Of a stretch of DNA of 64,000 nt, positions 41,607-50,296 are shown one piece after another. The notes under the pieces are model-generated. The model ran no database searches. It saw only the letters and a program-made list of their open reading frames with translations, and was not told the DNA's origin. The position numbers and the translations under genes were made by a program. The stretch comes from Candidatus Saccharimonadota bacterium (lineage in GTDB: Bacteria; Patescibacteriota; Saccharimonadia; Saccharimonadales; UBA10212), in assembly GCA_022841445.1 (NCBI GenBank), contig JALHRM010000001.1, positions 259,777 through 323,776 on the forward strand, read 5' to 3'. Positions within the stretch are counted from its first letter, which is position 1; each line of letters begins with the position of its first letter.

Positions 41607-43256
41607 ATGGCAAAGAAAGTATTTTATGATGACGATGCCCGCCGACGAGTGTTGGCTGGTGCGAAAGTTTTATACGACGCAGTGAAAACAACTATGGGCC
41701 CAAAGGGTCGCAATGTTGTGATCAGCAAAAGTTATGGCAACCCGACGGTGACACACGATGGCGTGACTGTTGCTAAGGGTGTTGAATTGGCCGACGTTGA
41801 TGATGAGACATTGGGCTACAAGGTTGGTGCTGAGCTGATCAAGCAAGCTGCCAGCAAGATGAACGATATGGCTGGTGATGGCACAACAACCGTTACGGTA
41901 CTGACCTATCACATTCTGAACGAGGCTAACCGCCTAATCGCTGCCGGTCACAACCCGATGTTGTTGCGAAAAGGTCTTGAAGCTGCTGCACACGATGTCA
42001 TCTCGAAGCTTGATGGCATGACTGAGGACATCGCCGGTAAGAAAAGCCGCATCGCCGAAGTAGCTACTATCAGTGCTGGAGATAGCGAAATCGGCACACT
42101 TATTGCCGATGTCATGGACAAGGTTGGTAAAGACGGTGTCGTGACTGTTGAAGAAGGTCAAGGCTTGGCGCTGGAAAGCGAAGTCGTGGAAGGCTTTACT
42201 GTCGACCGCGGTTACGTCAGCCCCTACATGGTTACCGATACCTCCCGCATGGAAGCTGTGTATGACAAGCCAGCCATTCTGATTACTGATAAAAAAATCA
42301 GTAGTGTTCAGGAATTCCTGCCTGTCCTTGAAAAGCTTGCTCAGTCTGGTAAAAAGGATTTGGTCATTGTGGCCGAAGATGTTGAAGGTGAAGCGCTCGG
42401 TACATTAGTACTTAACCGCCTCAAGGGTGTGTTCAACACTGTTGCCGTGAAGGCTCCTGCCTTCGGTGATCGCCGCAAGGACATCCTGGAGGACATGGCT
42501 ATTCTGACTGGTGCAACTGTCATTACAGAAGACCGTGGCTACACATTTGAAAACGCCGAACTGGAAATGATTGGGAGTGCCCGAAAAGTAATCGTTACTA
42601 AGGACGAGACCACCATTATCGAGGGTGCGGGAGACCACACAGCAGTCGCTGCCCGAGTCGACCAAATCAATAAACAGATTGCTGCCGCAACGAGCGAGTA
42701 CGACAAGGAAAACTTAGAAAAACGCCGCGCTGCACTATCCGGCAAAGTTGCCGTCATCAAAGTTGGCGGTGCTACAGAAACTGAAATCGAAGAAAAGAAG
42801 TTCCGTGTTGATGACGCCGTCGCTGCTGTAAAAGCCGCTATGGACGAGGGTGTCGTGCCTGGCGGTGGCGTGACGCTCATCAATCTTGCTTCTACCATTA
42901 CAACATCCCCAACCGATGATGCGTCAGTAGCGTCTGGCAAAATTATCTTGAAAAGCGCACTTGAACAGCCGTTCAGAATTTTGCTTACCAACGCTGGCCT
43001 GAATGCCGATGAGTGGTTGCCAAAGGTTCGTGATGCCAAGCCAGGGCAAGGTGTCGATGTAAATAGCCCAAGTAAGCTAGTGGATCTTAAATCACAGGGC
43101 GTTGTTGATCCGACTCGCGTTACCAAGGAAGCTTTACAGAACGCTTCTTCTATCGCGGGTACGGCAATGACAATGGGTGCGCTTGTTGTTGAAGTTCCTG
43201 AACCTAAAGCTGCTCCTGCCGCACCTGATATGGGTGGTATGGGCGGAATGATGTAG
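41607..43256 (+). CDS. groEL: Chaperonin GroEL
   Basis: 549 aa. AKKVFYDDDARRRVLAGAKVLYDAVKTTMGPKGRNVVI, DGTTT, and the C-terminal GGMGGMM tail. Confidence 0.97.
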   Translation: MAKKVFYDDDARRRVLAGAKVLYDAVKTTMGPKGRNVVISKSYGNPTVTHDGVTVAKGVELADVDDETLGYKVGAELIKQAASKMNDMAGDGTTTVTVLTYHILNEANRLIAAGHNPMLLRKGLEAAAHDVISKLDGMTEDIAGKKSRIAEVATISAGDSEIGTLIADVMDKVGKDGVVTVEEGQGLALESEVVEGFTVDRGYVSPYMVTDTSRMEAVYDKPAILITDKKISSVQEFLPVLEKLAQSGKKDLVIVAEDVEGEALGTLVLNRLKGVFNTVAVKAPAFGDRRKDILEDMAILTGATVITEDRGYTFENAELEMIGSARKVIVTKDETTIIEGAGDHTAVAARVDQINKQIAAATSEYDKENLEKRRAALSGKVAVIKVGGATETEIEEKKFRVDDAVAAVKAAMDEGVVPGGGVTLINLASTITTSPTDDASVASGKIILKSALEQPFRILLTNAGLNADEWLPKVRDAKPGQGVDVNSPSKLVDLKSQGVVDPTRVTKEALQNASSIAGTAMTMGALVVEVPEPKAAPAAPDMGGMGGMM

Positions 43257-43278
43257 CTTAATAGTTTTCTAAGCCAGG

Positions 43279-43306
43279 AAAGCGGCCTGTAGTGGCCGCT
43301 TTTTTG
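43279..43306 (+). terminator. Rho-independent terminator after groEL
   Basis: AAAGCGGCC-tgtagt-GGCCGCTTTTTTG, located 25 nt after the groEL stop. Confidence 0.75.
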
Positions 43307-43380
43307 TGCCCCGTAACATTATTGACTAATAAGCATAAGTATGATAAACTAAAATTAAGTTACTAAAAAACAAAAACATC

Positions 43381-43944
43381 ATGGCAAGTTCAGAAGAAAC
43401 AACCCCGAACCCTGAGTCCCTAGCTTCCCCGGCTTTTCGCAATAAAGTCGTGGATGTTTTTAACACGGGCATGGAGGGTGAGTATAAACGCTATCTTGAA
43501 CTCGAAAGAATCCGCCAGGAAGGCGAAAGCGTGCTTAGGAGTCCAACCGAATTAACGATGCTGCAGGGCATTATCGCGGGTGCATCCGCAGTAACACTTC
43601 ATCAGACAGGACAAGAAGAATACGTTGAGCAACAACTCAAAGTAACGATTGATTCAGCTGCATCGGTTTCGGGAATGTCGGGTGAGGTTCTTGATCGTGA
43701 ACGGCAAGTGGGCAGGGAAACACTACGAGAAATGTTAACCACTCCTACAAGAGGAATCGGCGGACTTCTGGGTAGGATTGATGGTCATCACTCCCCGTTT
43801 GCTGAGGCGCTCATGCCGGCAGCGTTGGAAATTGCTGCCACAAGATTTATAGCGGAAGATAGTGCTGGACAAAGCATCGCAATGCACTATCGTGCTGATG
43901 CATTGAAGCGTGCGGTTGACACCGTAACTAACGTTACTCAGTAA
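43381..43944 (+). CDS. Hypothetical protein
   Basis: 187-aa ORF. A candidate promoter TTGACT-n17-TAAACT lies at 43322-43350. No motif recognised. Confidence 0.5.
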   Translation: MASSEETTPNPESLASPAFRNKVVDVFNTGMEGEYKRYLELERIRQEGESVLRSPTELTMLQGIIAGASAVTLHQTGQEEYVEQQLKVTIDSAASVSGMSGEVLDRERQVGRETLREMLTTPTRGIGGLLGRIDGHHSPFAEALMPAALEIAATRFIAEDSAGQSIAMHYRADALKRAVDTVTNVTQ

Positions 43945-44021
43945 TTTTTTATACTGAATTTGAGTGTGCTAACACTTTATCGTATAATACTGAATAGCTA
44001 CGTAATGGGAGGCCAACTACA

Positions 44022-44603
44022 TTGGCTCTATTTAATCGCAATTCAAACGAATCAAACCAGCCAACCAGCCTGGAACAATATTACGCCACACAACGTCGCA
44101 GTAATGTCGCCAGCTGGGTGCTGACCGCCGGTGTCTTTATCGGCAGTGTCTTGATTGTGCTTGGGTTGGTGTTCGGCGGTCGTTACGCATATCGCCAGAT
44201 TGTTGATAATGATGATCAAATCCCTCCTGTTTCTCAGCAGGAAAGCGATGAATCTACTAATCAGGAACAGAGTACAGTTACCGATAAGCAGGATGACTCA
44301 GGCAGCAATTCCGGCACGACTACTACGCCTAGCACTCCCGCTCCTAGTCAACCAAACCCTGCACCAGCTATTCCTGCTCCCACTCCAAGTCCTAGCCCCA
44401 CGCCAGCTCCACAGCCGCAAACACTGCCACGCCCCACTCCTACAACACCTTCGACACCTGCCACAGGTAGCGCACAACCAGCTCAATTACCTAATAGCGG
44501 ACCGGAAAATTTGCCAGGTATCTTTGTAGTGATCAGCCTTTTGGCAGCAGCCTTACACCACGTTCATAGCCGCTTTAAACTGCGCTCAGCAAACAACGGG
44601 TAG
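44022..44603 (+). CDS. Pro/Thr/Ser-rich surface protein with an N-terminal TM anchor and a C-terminal LPxSG sortase-type sorting signal
   Basis: TTG start behind GGGAGG. TM WVLTAGVFIGSVLIVLGLVFGG. Linker rich in PTPSPSPTPAPQPQ. The C-terminus has LPNSG, a hydrophobic stretch (LPGIFVVISLLAAAL) and a basic tail (HSRFKLRSANNG). Confidence 0.65.
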   Translation: MALFNRNSNESNQPTSLEQYYATQRRSNVASWVLTAGVFIGSVLIVLGLVFGGRYAYRQIVDNDDQIPPVSQQESDESTNQEQSTVTDKQDDSGSNSGTTTTPSTPAPSQPNPAPAIPAPTPSPSPTPAPQPQTLPRPTPTTPSTPATGSAQPAQLPNSGPENLPGIFVVISLLAAALHHVHSRFKLRSANNG

Positions 44604-44631
44604 ATTGCTTAGCTTTTTAAAAAGTAGCTAA

Positions 44632-45108
44632 TCAAACTTTCTGGCGCTTTCGCTTGGTTTTAGCTGCACCTGTTGAAGTATCTTGTGGATTTTGTGACTT
44701 GTTCACGTTTCTCATGTATGCAACTGATGGGAGTTGTTCCCCCTCTTCATGCTTGTGTCCCCATTTTGTGTCTTCTCTGAGAAGCGTTTCTGCGGTCTGC
44801 GGGTCTTCAATAGTGAGGCGAGTGGCGGTATCTTGCATCCCAAAAGCAGGAGTAGATGTCACCACCCGTATTTCCCCGGCATTTTCTCCTGGCAGTACAG
44901 TATAATCAAGTCCCGATGAAAGTCTGGTTCCAAAATCATCTAGGTTGGCTCTAAGTATATGGACTGCATCCTGGAGAACTTTTCTTGCGGTTATCGTCGC
45001 ACCACCAAGGCTGGCTTCAACAATGAAGGCGGTAGATTTGCGGTAGTCGCCGGCATCAATAACTGAAAATCCTATTTCTGGCGTGGGTGTTAATCCTTCT
45101 CGTGCCAT
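44632..45108 (-). CDS. Hypothetical protein with a basic C-terminal tail
   Basis: 158-aa ORF ending AAKTKRKRQKV. No motif recognised. Confidence 0.45.
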   Translation of the reverse strand: MAREGLTPTPEIGFSVIDAGDYRKSTAFIVEASLGGATITARKVLQDAVHILRANLDDFGTRLSSGLDYTVLPGENAGEIRVVTSTPAFGMQDTATRLTIEDPQTAETLLREDTKWGHKHEEGEQLPSVAYMRNVNKSQNPQDTSTGAAKTKRKRQKV

Positions 45109-45210
45109 TTATAAAATCCTTTGCTATAAAAAAGCCCAATCGTCATGCGTTTGGGCGATTAGTATCAATAAGTCCACTTTACAACATAAGCTCTATGAAG
45201 TCAACAGGTT

Positions 45211-45618
45211 CTAGGAGTGGTTTTTTTGCTGGGTAAAGTAGTTTATCTCGTTTACAACATCGAGCAGCGCTTGAGCGCGGGCTTTTTCGTCTTCTATAGC
45301 GCGGGCTGCTTCGTAGGCGGCTTTTACAAAACTACTGTCATCGGTGGCTTGCAAAAGCATCATCGTAGTTTTGAATTTTTCTTCTGGGGACTGTTCAAGC
45401 TGGTCAACTAAAGGTGTTAACTGGTGTAAGGCCTGTTGTTTAATGTCGATAAGGTCTTGTTGATTACCAGAGGTTGAGCCCGTAGATGAGTGCGTATCAA
45501 CACTAGTGTTGCTGTGTGCGCTTGAGTTGTCGTCTATGGTCGAAGCATTATCGCCGTGACCTTGGTCAAGGTCACCATGTGTATCTTTTTTATCAGATTG
45601 ATCGTCGAGTCCGAACAT
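45211..45618 (-). CDS. Hypothetical acidic protein
   Basis: 135-aa ORF. The N-terminal half is Asp/Ser/His-rich low complexity and the C-terminal half is helical. No motif recognised. Confidence 0.45.
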   Translation of the reverse strand: MFGLDDQSDKKDTHGDLDQGHGDNASTIDDNSSAHSNTSVDTHSSTGSTSGNQQDLIDIKQQALHQLTPLVDQLEQSPEEKFKTTMMLLQATDDSSFVKAAYEAARAIEDEKARAQALLDVVNEINYFTQQKNHS

Positions 45619-45863
45619 TCCACCCCCTTGATTAGCAACGTATCGTTAATTGATAGTATAACCAGAATTTTCGCACCACACCAGTCTGCTTTTTGGCACA
45701 GCCAAAAATTCTCCTGGTGTTATTGGCCGATGACTTTGTTGCTTGCTGTGCTACTCCTTTATCGTATCAAAATACGCTTCAGTGCGTTGCTCGCAAGCGC
45801 CTAGTCATAGGCTCAATTGCATAACTTCTGGTACAGTTTAACTAAGTAAGGAGGATAAGTAGT

Positions 45864-46895
45864 ATGCTGGACGATCTTAAGTACATTCATGAATTAGATG
45901 CGGCGGATGCCCTCGGGGTCGCCGAGCGCCAATACCGTCAGCTGCAACACAGTTTTGAGCTACCCAAAATCAAGGGCAGTTTCGAAAACATCGTAGTAGC
46001 CGGCATGGGTGGTTCTGCACTTGCTGCACAGCTTAGTACGACTTGGCCGGGCTATAATGTTCCGTTTGAGATTTGTCGAAACTACACAATACCGAATTAT
46101 GTTTCGGCGCACACATTGTTTGTGGCATCGAGTTATTCTGGCAATACCGAGGAAACACTAGAAGCTTTGACACGCGCCGAAGAGCAGGGGGCAACCATTG
46201 CCGTCATTAGTGCGGGCGGTGAACTTGTGTTTCGTGCCCAGGAGAAAAATTATCCACTGGCCAGGTTGCCAAATGATTTTCAGCCTCGCCACGCTGTTTT
46301 ATATAACTTCGCTGCCCTCATGCAGATATTCAGCGCAGCAAGCATTTTTGATGCGGAGAAGATTAGGCCTGAAATTGAGCAGGCCGCAAACCACATAAAA
46401 GAGATCGCTCAAGATTGGCGAGCAGATGTGCCAACATCTAAAAACCGTGCCAAGCAAATCGCGCTAGAACTTGCAGGGAAGAGCCCGGTTATATATGGTA
46501 GTCCGTTAATGTTTCCGGCAGCATACAAATGGAAGATAAATTTTAATGAGAATGCCAAGAATGTTGCCTGGTGCAATCAAATTCCTGAATTTAACCATAA
46601 CGAGTTCTTAGGTTGGACAAGTCATCCAGTCGATAAACCCTATGGCGTAATCGATTTACGTAGTAGTTTTGATCATAGTAGGGTTGCGAAGCGATTTGAG
46701 GTAACAGCTCGCCTGTTGAGTGGTCGTAGACCAGAATCAATTGCACTACATGCCGAAGGCGAAACAGTCTTTCAGCAACTGGTATGGCATGTTGTGTTGG
46801 GTGATTTTGTGAGCTTGTACCTGGCACTACTCAACGGACTTAACCCGATGCCGGTAGACCTCATCGAAAAGTTCAAAAAATCCCTCGACGATTGA
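45864..46895 (+). CDS. SIS-domain bifunctional phosphoglucose/phosphomannose isomerase family protein
   Basis: SD AAGGAGGA. SIS motifs VAGMGGSALAAQL and ASSYSGNTEETL. The 343-aa length fits the archaeal/bacterial PGI-PMI family. Confidence 0.7.
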   Translation: MLDDLKYIHELDAADALGVAERQYRQLQHSFELPKIKGSFENIVVAGMGGSALAAQLSTTWPGYNVPFEICRNYTIPNYVSAHTLFVASSYSGNTEETLEALTRAEEQGATIAVISAGGELVFRAQEKNYPLARLPNDFQPRHAVLYNFAALMQIFSAASIFDAEKIRPEIEQAANHIKEIAQDWRADVPTSKNRAKQIALELAGKSPVIYGSPLMFPAAYKWKINFNENAKNVAWCNQIPEFNHNEFLGWTSHPVDKPYGVIDLRSSFDHSRVAKRFEVTARLLSGRRPESIALHAEGETVFQQLVWHVVLGDFVSLYLALLNGLNPMPVDLIEKFKKSLDD

Positions 46896-46958
46896 AGTAT
46901 TGCTTTGTGATAACAAAAGTACCCCATCATCGCTTTTGACAGCAAAAGAGGCAATAAG

Positions 46959-48188
46959 TTATTCGTTGCGAAGTGCTTCAATTGGATGCTTGCGGGCGGC
47001 CTGAAGGGCGGGCATGACCGCGAAAATAACACCAATTGTTACGGCTGTACCGAGTGCAATCAGGATGATGGAAGGGGTAATAACTGGCCTGAAATCAGTG
47101 TATATTCGCAGCAAGAAGTTCCCGGCAACTGCTAGTGCAATCCCGACAACTCCACCAACAAGAGACAAAACCAAACCTTCCATCAAAAACTGGCGTAGTA
47201 TCTGTCGATTTGTCGCACCAACAGCTTTCCGTATACCAATTTCGCGTGTACGTTCGCTCACACTGACCAATAGTGTATTCATGATTCCAATACCTCCAAC
47301 GATAAGTGATATTGCTGCAATACCGGATATAACCGCCGTGGCGGCATTGATGATGTCGTCCGACACATTAGCGAGCTCTTCTTGCTTTAAGATTGTGAAG
47401 TTGTTTTGGCCTTTATGATTAGTGCGAAGTTCGTGCTGGAGTTCTAGCAATACAACATCGAGACGCTTTTGGTCGGATACTTGAACGAGGATCTGGGCAA
47501 TTTGGGCTCGGTTTTCACTGATCCGTTTACCGGTTGCGGGCGGAATAATAATCGAGTAGTTTAGGTCGATACCAATAGTTGACAGCACTCCCGCCTGGAA
47601 TGGTTCGTGTACACCACGGACGAGGAAATTGGTGCCAGAAATGGTAAACGTCTGGCCTACTGGATTAACACCACCGAATAACTCTTCGGCGATCGAAGTA
47701 CCAATAACGGCGTAGTTTTCGTTTGTGTCTTCGGGGATAAAAAATGCTCCAAAGTTTACTTTGTCCTGCAGAACTACGTTTAAGTCCGGTGTGGATGATA
47801 CGACATAGACATTGTTCATTTCACGGTCTTCGTAGCCGATACTGTTGGTGATGAGGCTCATTGGTGCAACGGCGCTAACACCATCTAATTTTTGGATACT
47901 TGCCACATCTTGATCAGTTAAAGTACTCGCCGAAAAGAGTGCCAGTGGATTAACAGACGCCACACTTCCATCACTGTTTTTGCTGACCACATTTCCGGAT
48001 CGGATTGTTAAGACATTGCCGCCAAGTTGGTTTATCTGTTCAGAAACCTGCTTCTTTAAACCCTCACCGAGACTAGCAATAGTAACCACAGAGCTAATGC
48101 CGATAATTATCCCGAGCATTGTGAGGCTGCTGCGCCACCGCGCTGATCGTATGCTTGCCAAGGCCATTTTGTAGTCCGAAATAATCAT
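46959..48188 (-). CDS. ABC transporter permease, MacB/FtsX type
   Basis: 409 aa. N-terminal TM, a ~240-aa extracytoplasmic domain, and three C-terminal TMs with the FtsX-like motif REIGIRKAVGA. It overlaps the upstream ATPase gene by 4 nt. Confidence 0.85.
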   Translation of the reverse strand: MIISDYKMALASIRSARWRSSLTMLGIIIGISSVVTIASLGEGLKKQVSEQINQLGGNVLTIRSGNVVSKNSDGSVASVNPLALFSASTLTDQDVASIQKLDGVSAVAPMSLITNSIGYEDREMNNVYVVSSTPDLNVVLQDKVNFGAFFIPEDTNENYAVIGTSIAEELFGGVNPVGQTFTISGTNFLVRGVHEPFQAGVLSTIGIDLNYSIIIPPATGKRISENRAQIAQILVQVSDQKRLDVVLLELQHELRTNHKGQNNFTILKQEELANVSDDIINAATAVISGIAAISLIVGGIGIMNTLLVSVSERTREIGIRKAVGATNRQILRQFLMEGLVLSLVGGVVGIALAVAGNFLLRIYTDFRPVITPSIILIALGTAVTIGVIFAVMPALQAARKHPIEALRNE

Positions 48189-49066
48189 TTCTTTGACCTC
48201 TTGTAGCTGCGTTTTCTTGTTCGAGGTTTTTTGGTTTGAGCCTTTGGTAGTTTTGGCTTTTTGCTGCTGAGTTCTTTCGGCGGTACTTCGCGCATTATGG
48301 TGGCCACGCCGTGCGCAAGGTGTTCTTCAACACTCGATTCATCGGTAAAGTACACGTTCTTAATGCCTTTTGCGACTTCACCGAGTTTGGTCTTTTCATC
48401 ACCTACAATTGTTCCGTCATGCATGTACAGTAGTCGATTGGCGTAGCGGGTAAGTTCGGGGTTATGTGTGACCATGACGACCGTATTGCCACTGCGGTGT
48501 ATTTCGCTGAGCAATTCCATAACAATTTTGCTGTTGCCGCTGTCGAGGTTGCCGGTGGGCTCATCGGCAATAATAATGGTTGGATTATTAATGAGTGCCC
48601 TGGCAATTGCCACTCGCTGTATTTGTCCGCCACTGAGATGTTTTGGGTAAAAGTACTCTTTGTCACGTAGGCCGACTCGTTCCAGCATGTCACTGGCTAG
48701 TTTGAGGCGACGCACAGGAAGTGTGCCCTTGTAAGCAAGAGGCAGCGCAACGTTTTCGAGTACGTTTAGTCGAGGGAGCAAGTTAGCAGACTGAAATACG
48801 AACCCAATTTTATCGCGGCGGGCTCTAGCCTGTTGGCCGGATCTTAGCCGAGATACGTACCTGGTATCAAGAACATATTCACCATGTGTTGGTTTGTCGA
48901 GCAGACCAATGATATTCAGCAGGGTGGTCTTGCCACTACCCGAAGGACCCATGATCGCCACAAATTCACCGGTTTCGATGTGCAAGTCAACTTCATCAAG
49001 TGCCAGCGTTGTTGCATCGCCAAATCCATATAGTTTTGATACTTCTTGTAGCTCAATGACTGCCAA
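48185..49066 (-). CDS. ABC transporter ATP-binding protein (MacB/LolD-like) with a Lys/Arg-rich C-terminal tail
   Basis: Walker A GPSGSGKTTLLN, signature LSGGQIQRVAIARAL, Walker B IIIADEPTGNLD. C-terminal tail SSKKPKLPKAQTKKPRTRKRSYKRSKK. Confidence 0.9.
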   Translation of the reverse strand: MAVIELQEVSKLYGFGDATTLALDEVDLHIETGEFVAIMGPSGSGKTTLLNIIGLLDKPTHGEYVLDTRYVSRLRSGQQARARRDKIGFVFQSANLLPRLNVLENVALPLAYKGTLPVRRLKLASDMLERVGLRDKEYFYPKHLSGGQIQRVAIARALINNPTIIIADEPTGNLDSGNSKIVMELLSEIHRSGNTVVMVTHNPELTRYANRLLYMHDGTIVGDEKTKLGEVAKGIKNVYFTDESSVEEHLAHGVATIMREVPPKELSSKKPKLPKAQTKKPRTRKRSYKRSKK

Positions 49067-49280
49067 AAGTTCTAGTCCTTATTATTTTTTTGGTATTTTT
49101 AGCAGACCTTCTTACCTACGGAGAAAGAACAGGCCCACACTGTTTATTCTTTTTGTGTCAATCTTATTTGGCGTAAGAGAGTTCTGTTCATAATAGTGTA
49201 CGCTCTCATGGAGTTATCCGACAAGCTCTATAAAGTTGTAAAAAAGTCATTTACTGATTCTGCTAAAATAACGGAGACAT

Positions 49281-49371
49281 GGAAGGATCGCATAGTTGGT
49301 CTAGTGCGCCGTCTTGGAAAGGCGGTATGGGGGCAACTCCATCGAGGGTTCGAATCCCTCTCCTTCCGCCA
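49281..49371 (+). tRNA. tRNA-Ser (anticodon GGA), CCA encoded
   Basis: Acceptor GGAAGGA/TCCTTCC, anticodon stem-loop CCGTC-TTGGAAA-GGCGG, long variable arm ATGGGGGCAACTCCATC, T arm GAGGG-TTCGAAT-CCCTC, then G-CCA. The D arm GCAT-AGTTGGTCTA-GTGC is somewhat atypical for a class II tRNA. Confidence 0.8.
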
Positions 49372-49426
49372 GTATCCGATTTAACGAAATAGGGCAGAAA
49401 TTACGCAAAACCGATTTAACCAAAAC

Positions 49427-50296
49427 ATGTCTATTGATACGTGGCTGAACGCCAGGATGTTAGTTAGTGATGCGCGCTACTTGCAGCCGATGGGTATAAA
49501 TGCTTACGAAGACACTGGTAATCAGCCAGATATTGGCGAAGGTATTGCCGAGCACCAAGCCGCGGTTGAAGCCTACGAACAAGCTGGCATACATCTAGAA
49601 CAAGTTCCGAGCCCCGAAGGCTGTCAGGACGGTGTATTTACCGCCAACTGGGGTTTGGTGTGGGGTGGACGGGTACTATTGTCAAAATTGCCAAACTTGC
49701 GTCAAGCTGAAGAAGCATACGCCGAACAAGCTCTGAAAAACCTTGGTTTTGAAACACGTCGTGCAAGTGTCTTGTTCAGCGGTCAAGGCGACGCGCTGAT
49801 TATTGGTGGCAACCGTGTGATTATCGGTGACGGGTATCGTACCGACGCAACAGTTGCAAGTGAAATTCGCGAGTGGCTCGGCTTGGAGGTGATTGTCGCT
49901 CGGACAAAACCAAAACGCAGTTTTCCTTTCGGTCCACCGGTGCGAAACAAAGTCACTGGACTGTGGGATTCGTATTTTTATGACTTGGATCTGGCGGTTG
50001 GGGTAATTCGGCCGGGCTTACTTGCTGTTTGCTTTGACGCATTGACAGGCAAGGGTGAGGCTGCAATTAAAAATCTAAAAGATGTAGAGATTATTTCGGT
50101 CAGTGAGTATGAAGCAAAAGAGCAGTTGGCCTGCAATCTTGTGAGTAACGGCGAGACAGTAATTTTGTCTGGTGGAGCAAAGCAGCTGGCAGCTGATTTG
50201 CGTGCGAAGGGCTTAAAAGTTGTACCTCTGCCCAACCACCAGCTGCGCAAAAGTGGCGGAGGCTGGCGCTGCATCAGCCTTAGCTTGTACTCATAG
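49427..50296 (+). CDS. Guanidino-group-modifying enzyme superfamily protein (amidinotransferase/DDAH/arginine-deiminase-like)
   Basis: 289 aa. The C-terminal SGGGWRCISLSL resembles the GGG-x-x-C catalytic-Cys motif of this superfamily. Its 3' end overlaps pyrC convergently by 6 nt. Confidence 0.55.
   Translation: MSIDTWLNARMLVSDARYLQPMGINAYEDTGNQPDIGEGIAEHQAAVEAYEQAGIHLEQVPSPEGCQDGVFTANWGLVWGGRVLLSKLPNLRQAEEAYAEQALKNLGFETRRASVLFSGQGDALIIGGNRVIIGDGYRTDATVASEIREWLGLEVIVARTKPKRSFPFGPPVRNKVTGLWDSYFYDLDLAVGVIRPGLLAVCFDALTGKGEAAIKNLKDVEIISVSEYEAKEQLACNLVSNGETVILSGGAKQLAADLRAKGLKVVPLPNHQLRKSGGGWRCISLSLYS

Noticed and set aside
42539-43126. 195-aa minus-strand ORF (and several 60-86-aa ORFs) inside groEL
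   Set aside because: It is antisense to groEL, whose identity is certain. The composition (Ser/Ala/Thr/Pro runs) is typical of the reverse frame of a GC-balanced gene.
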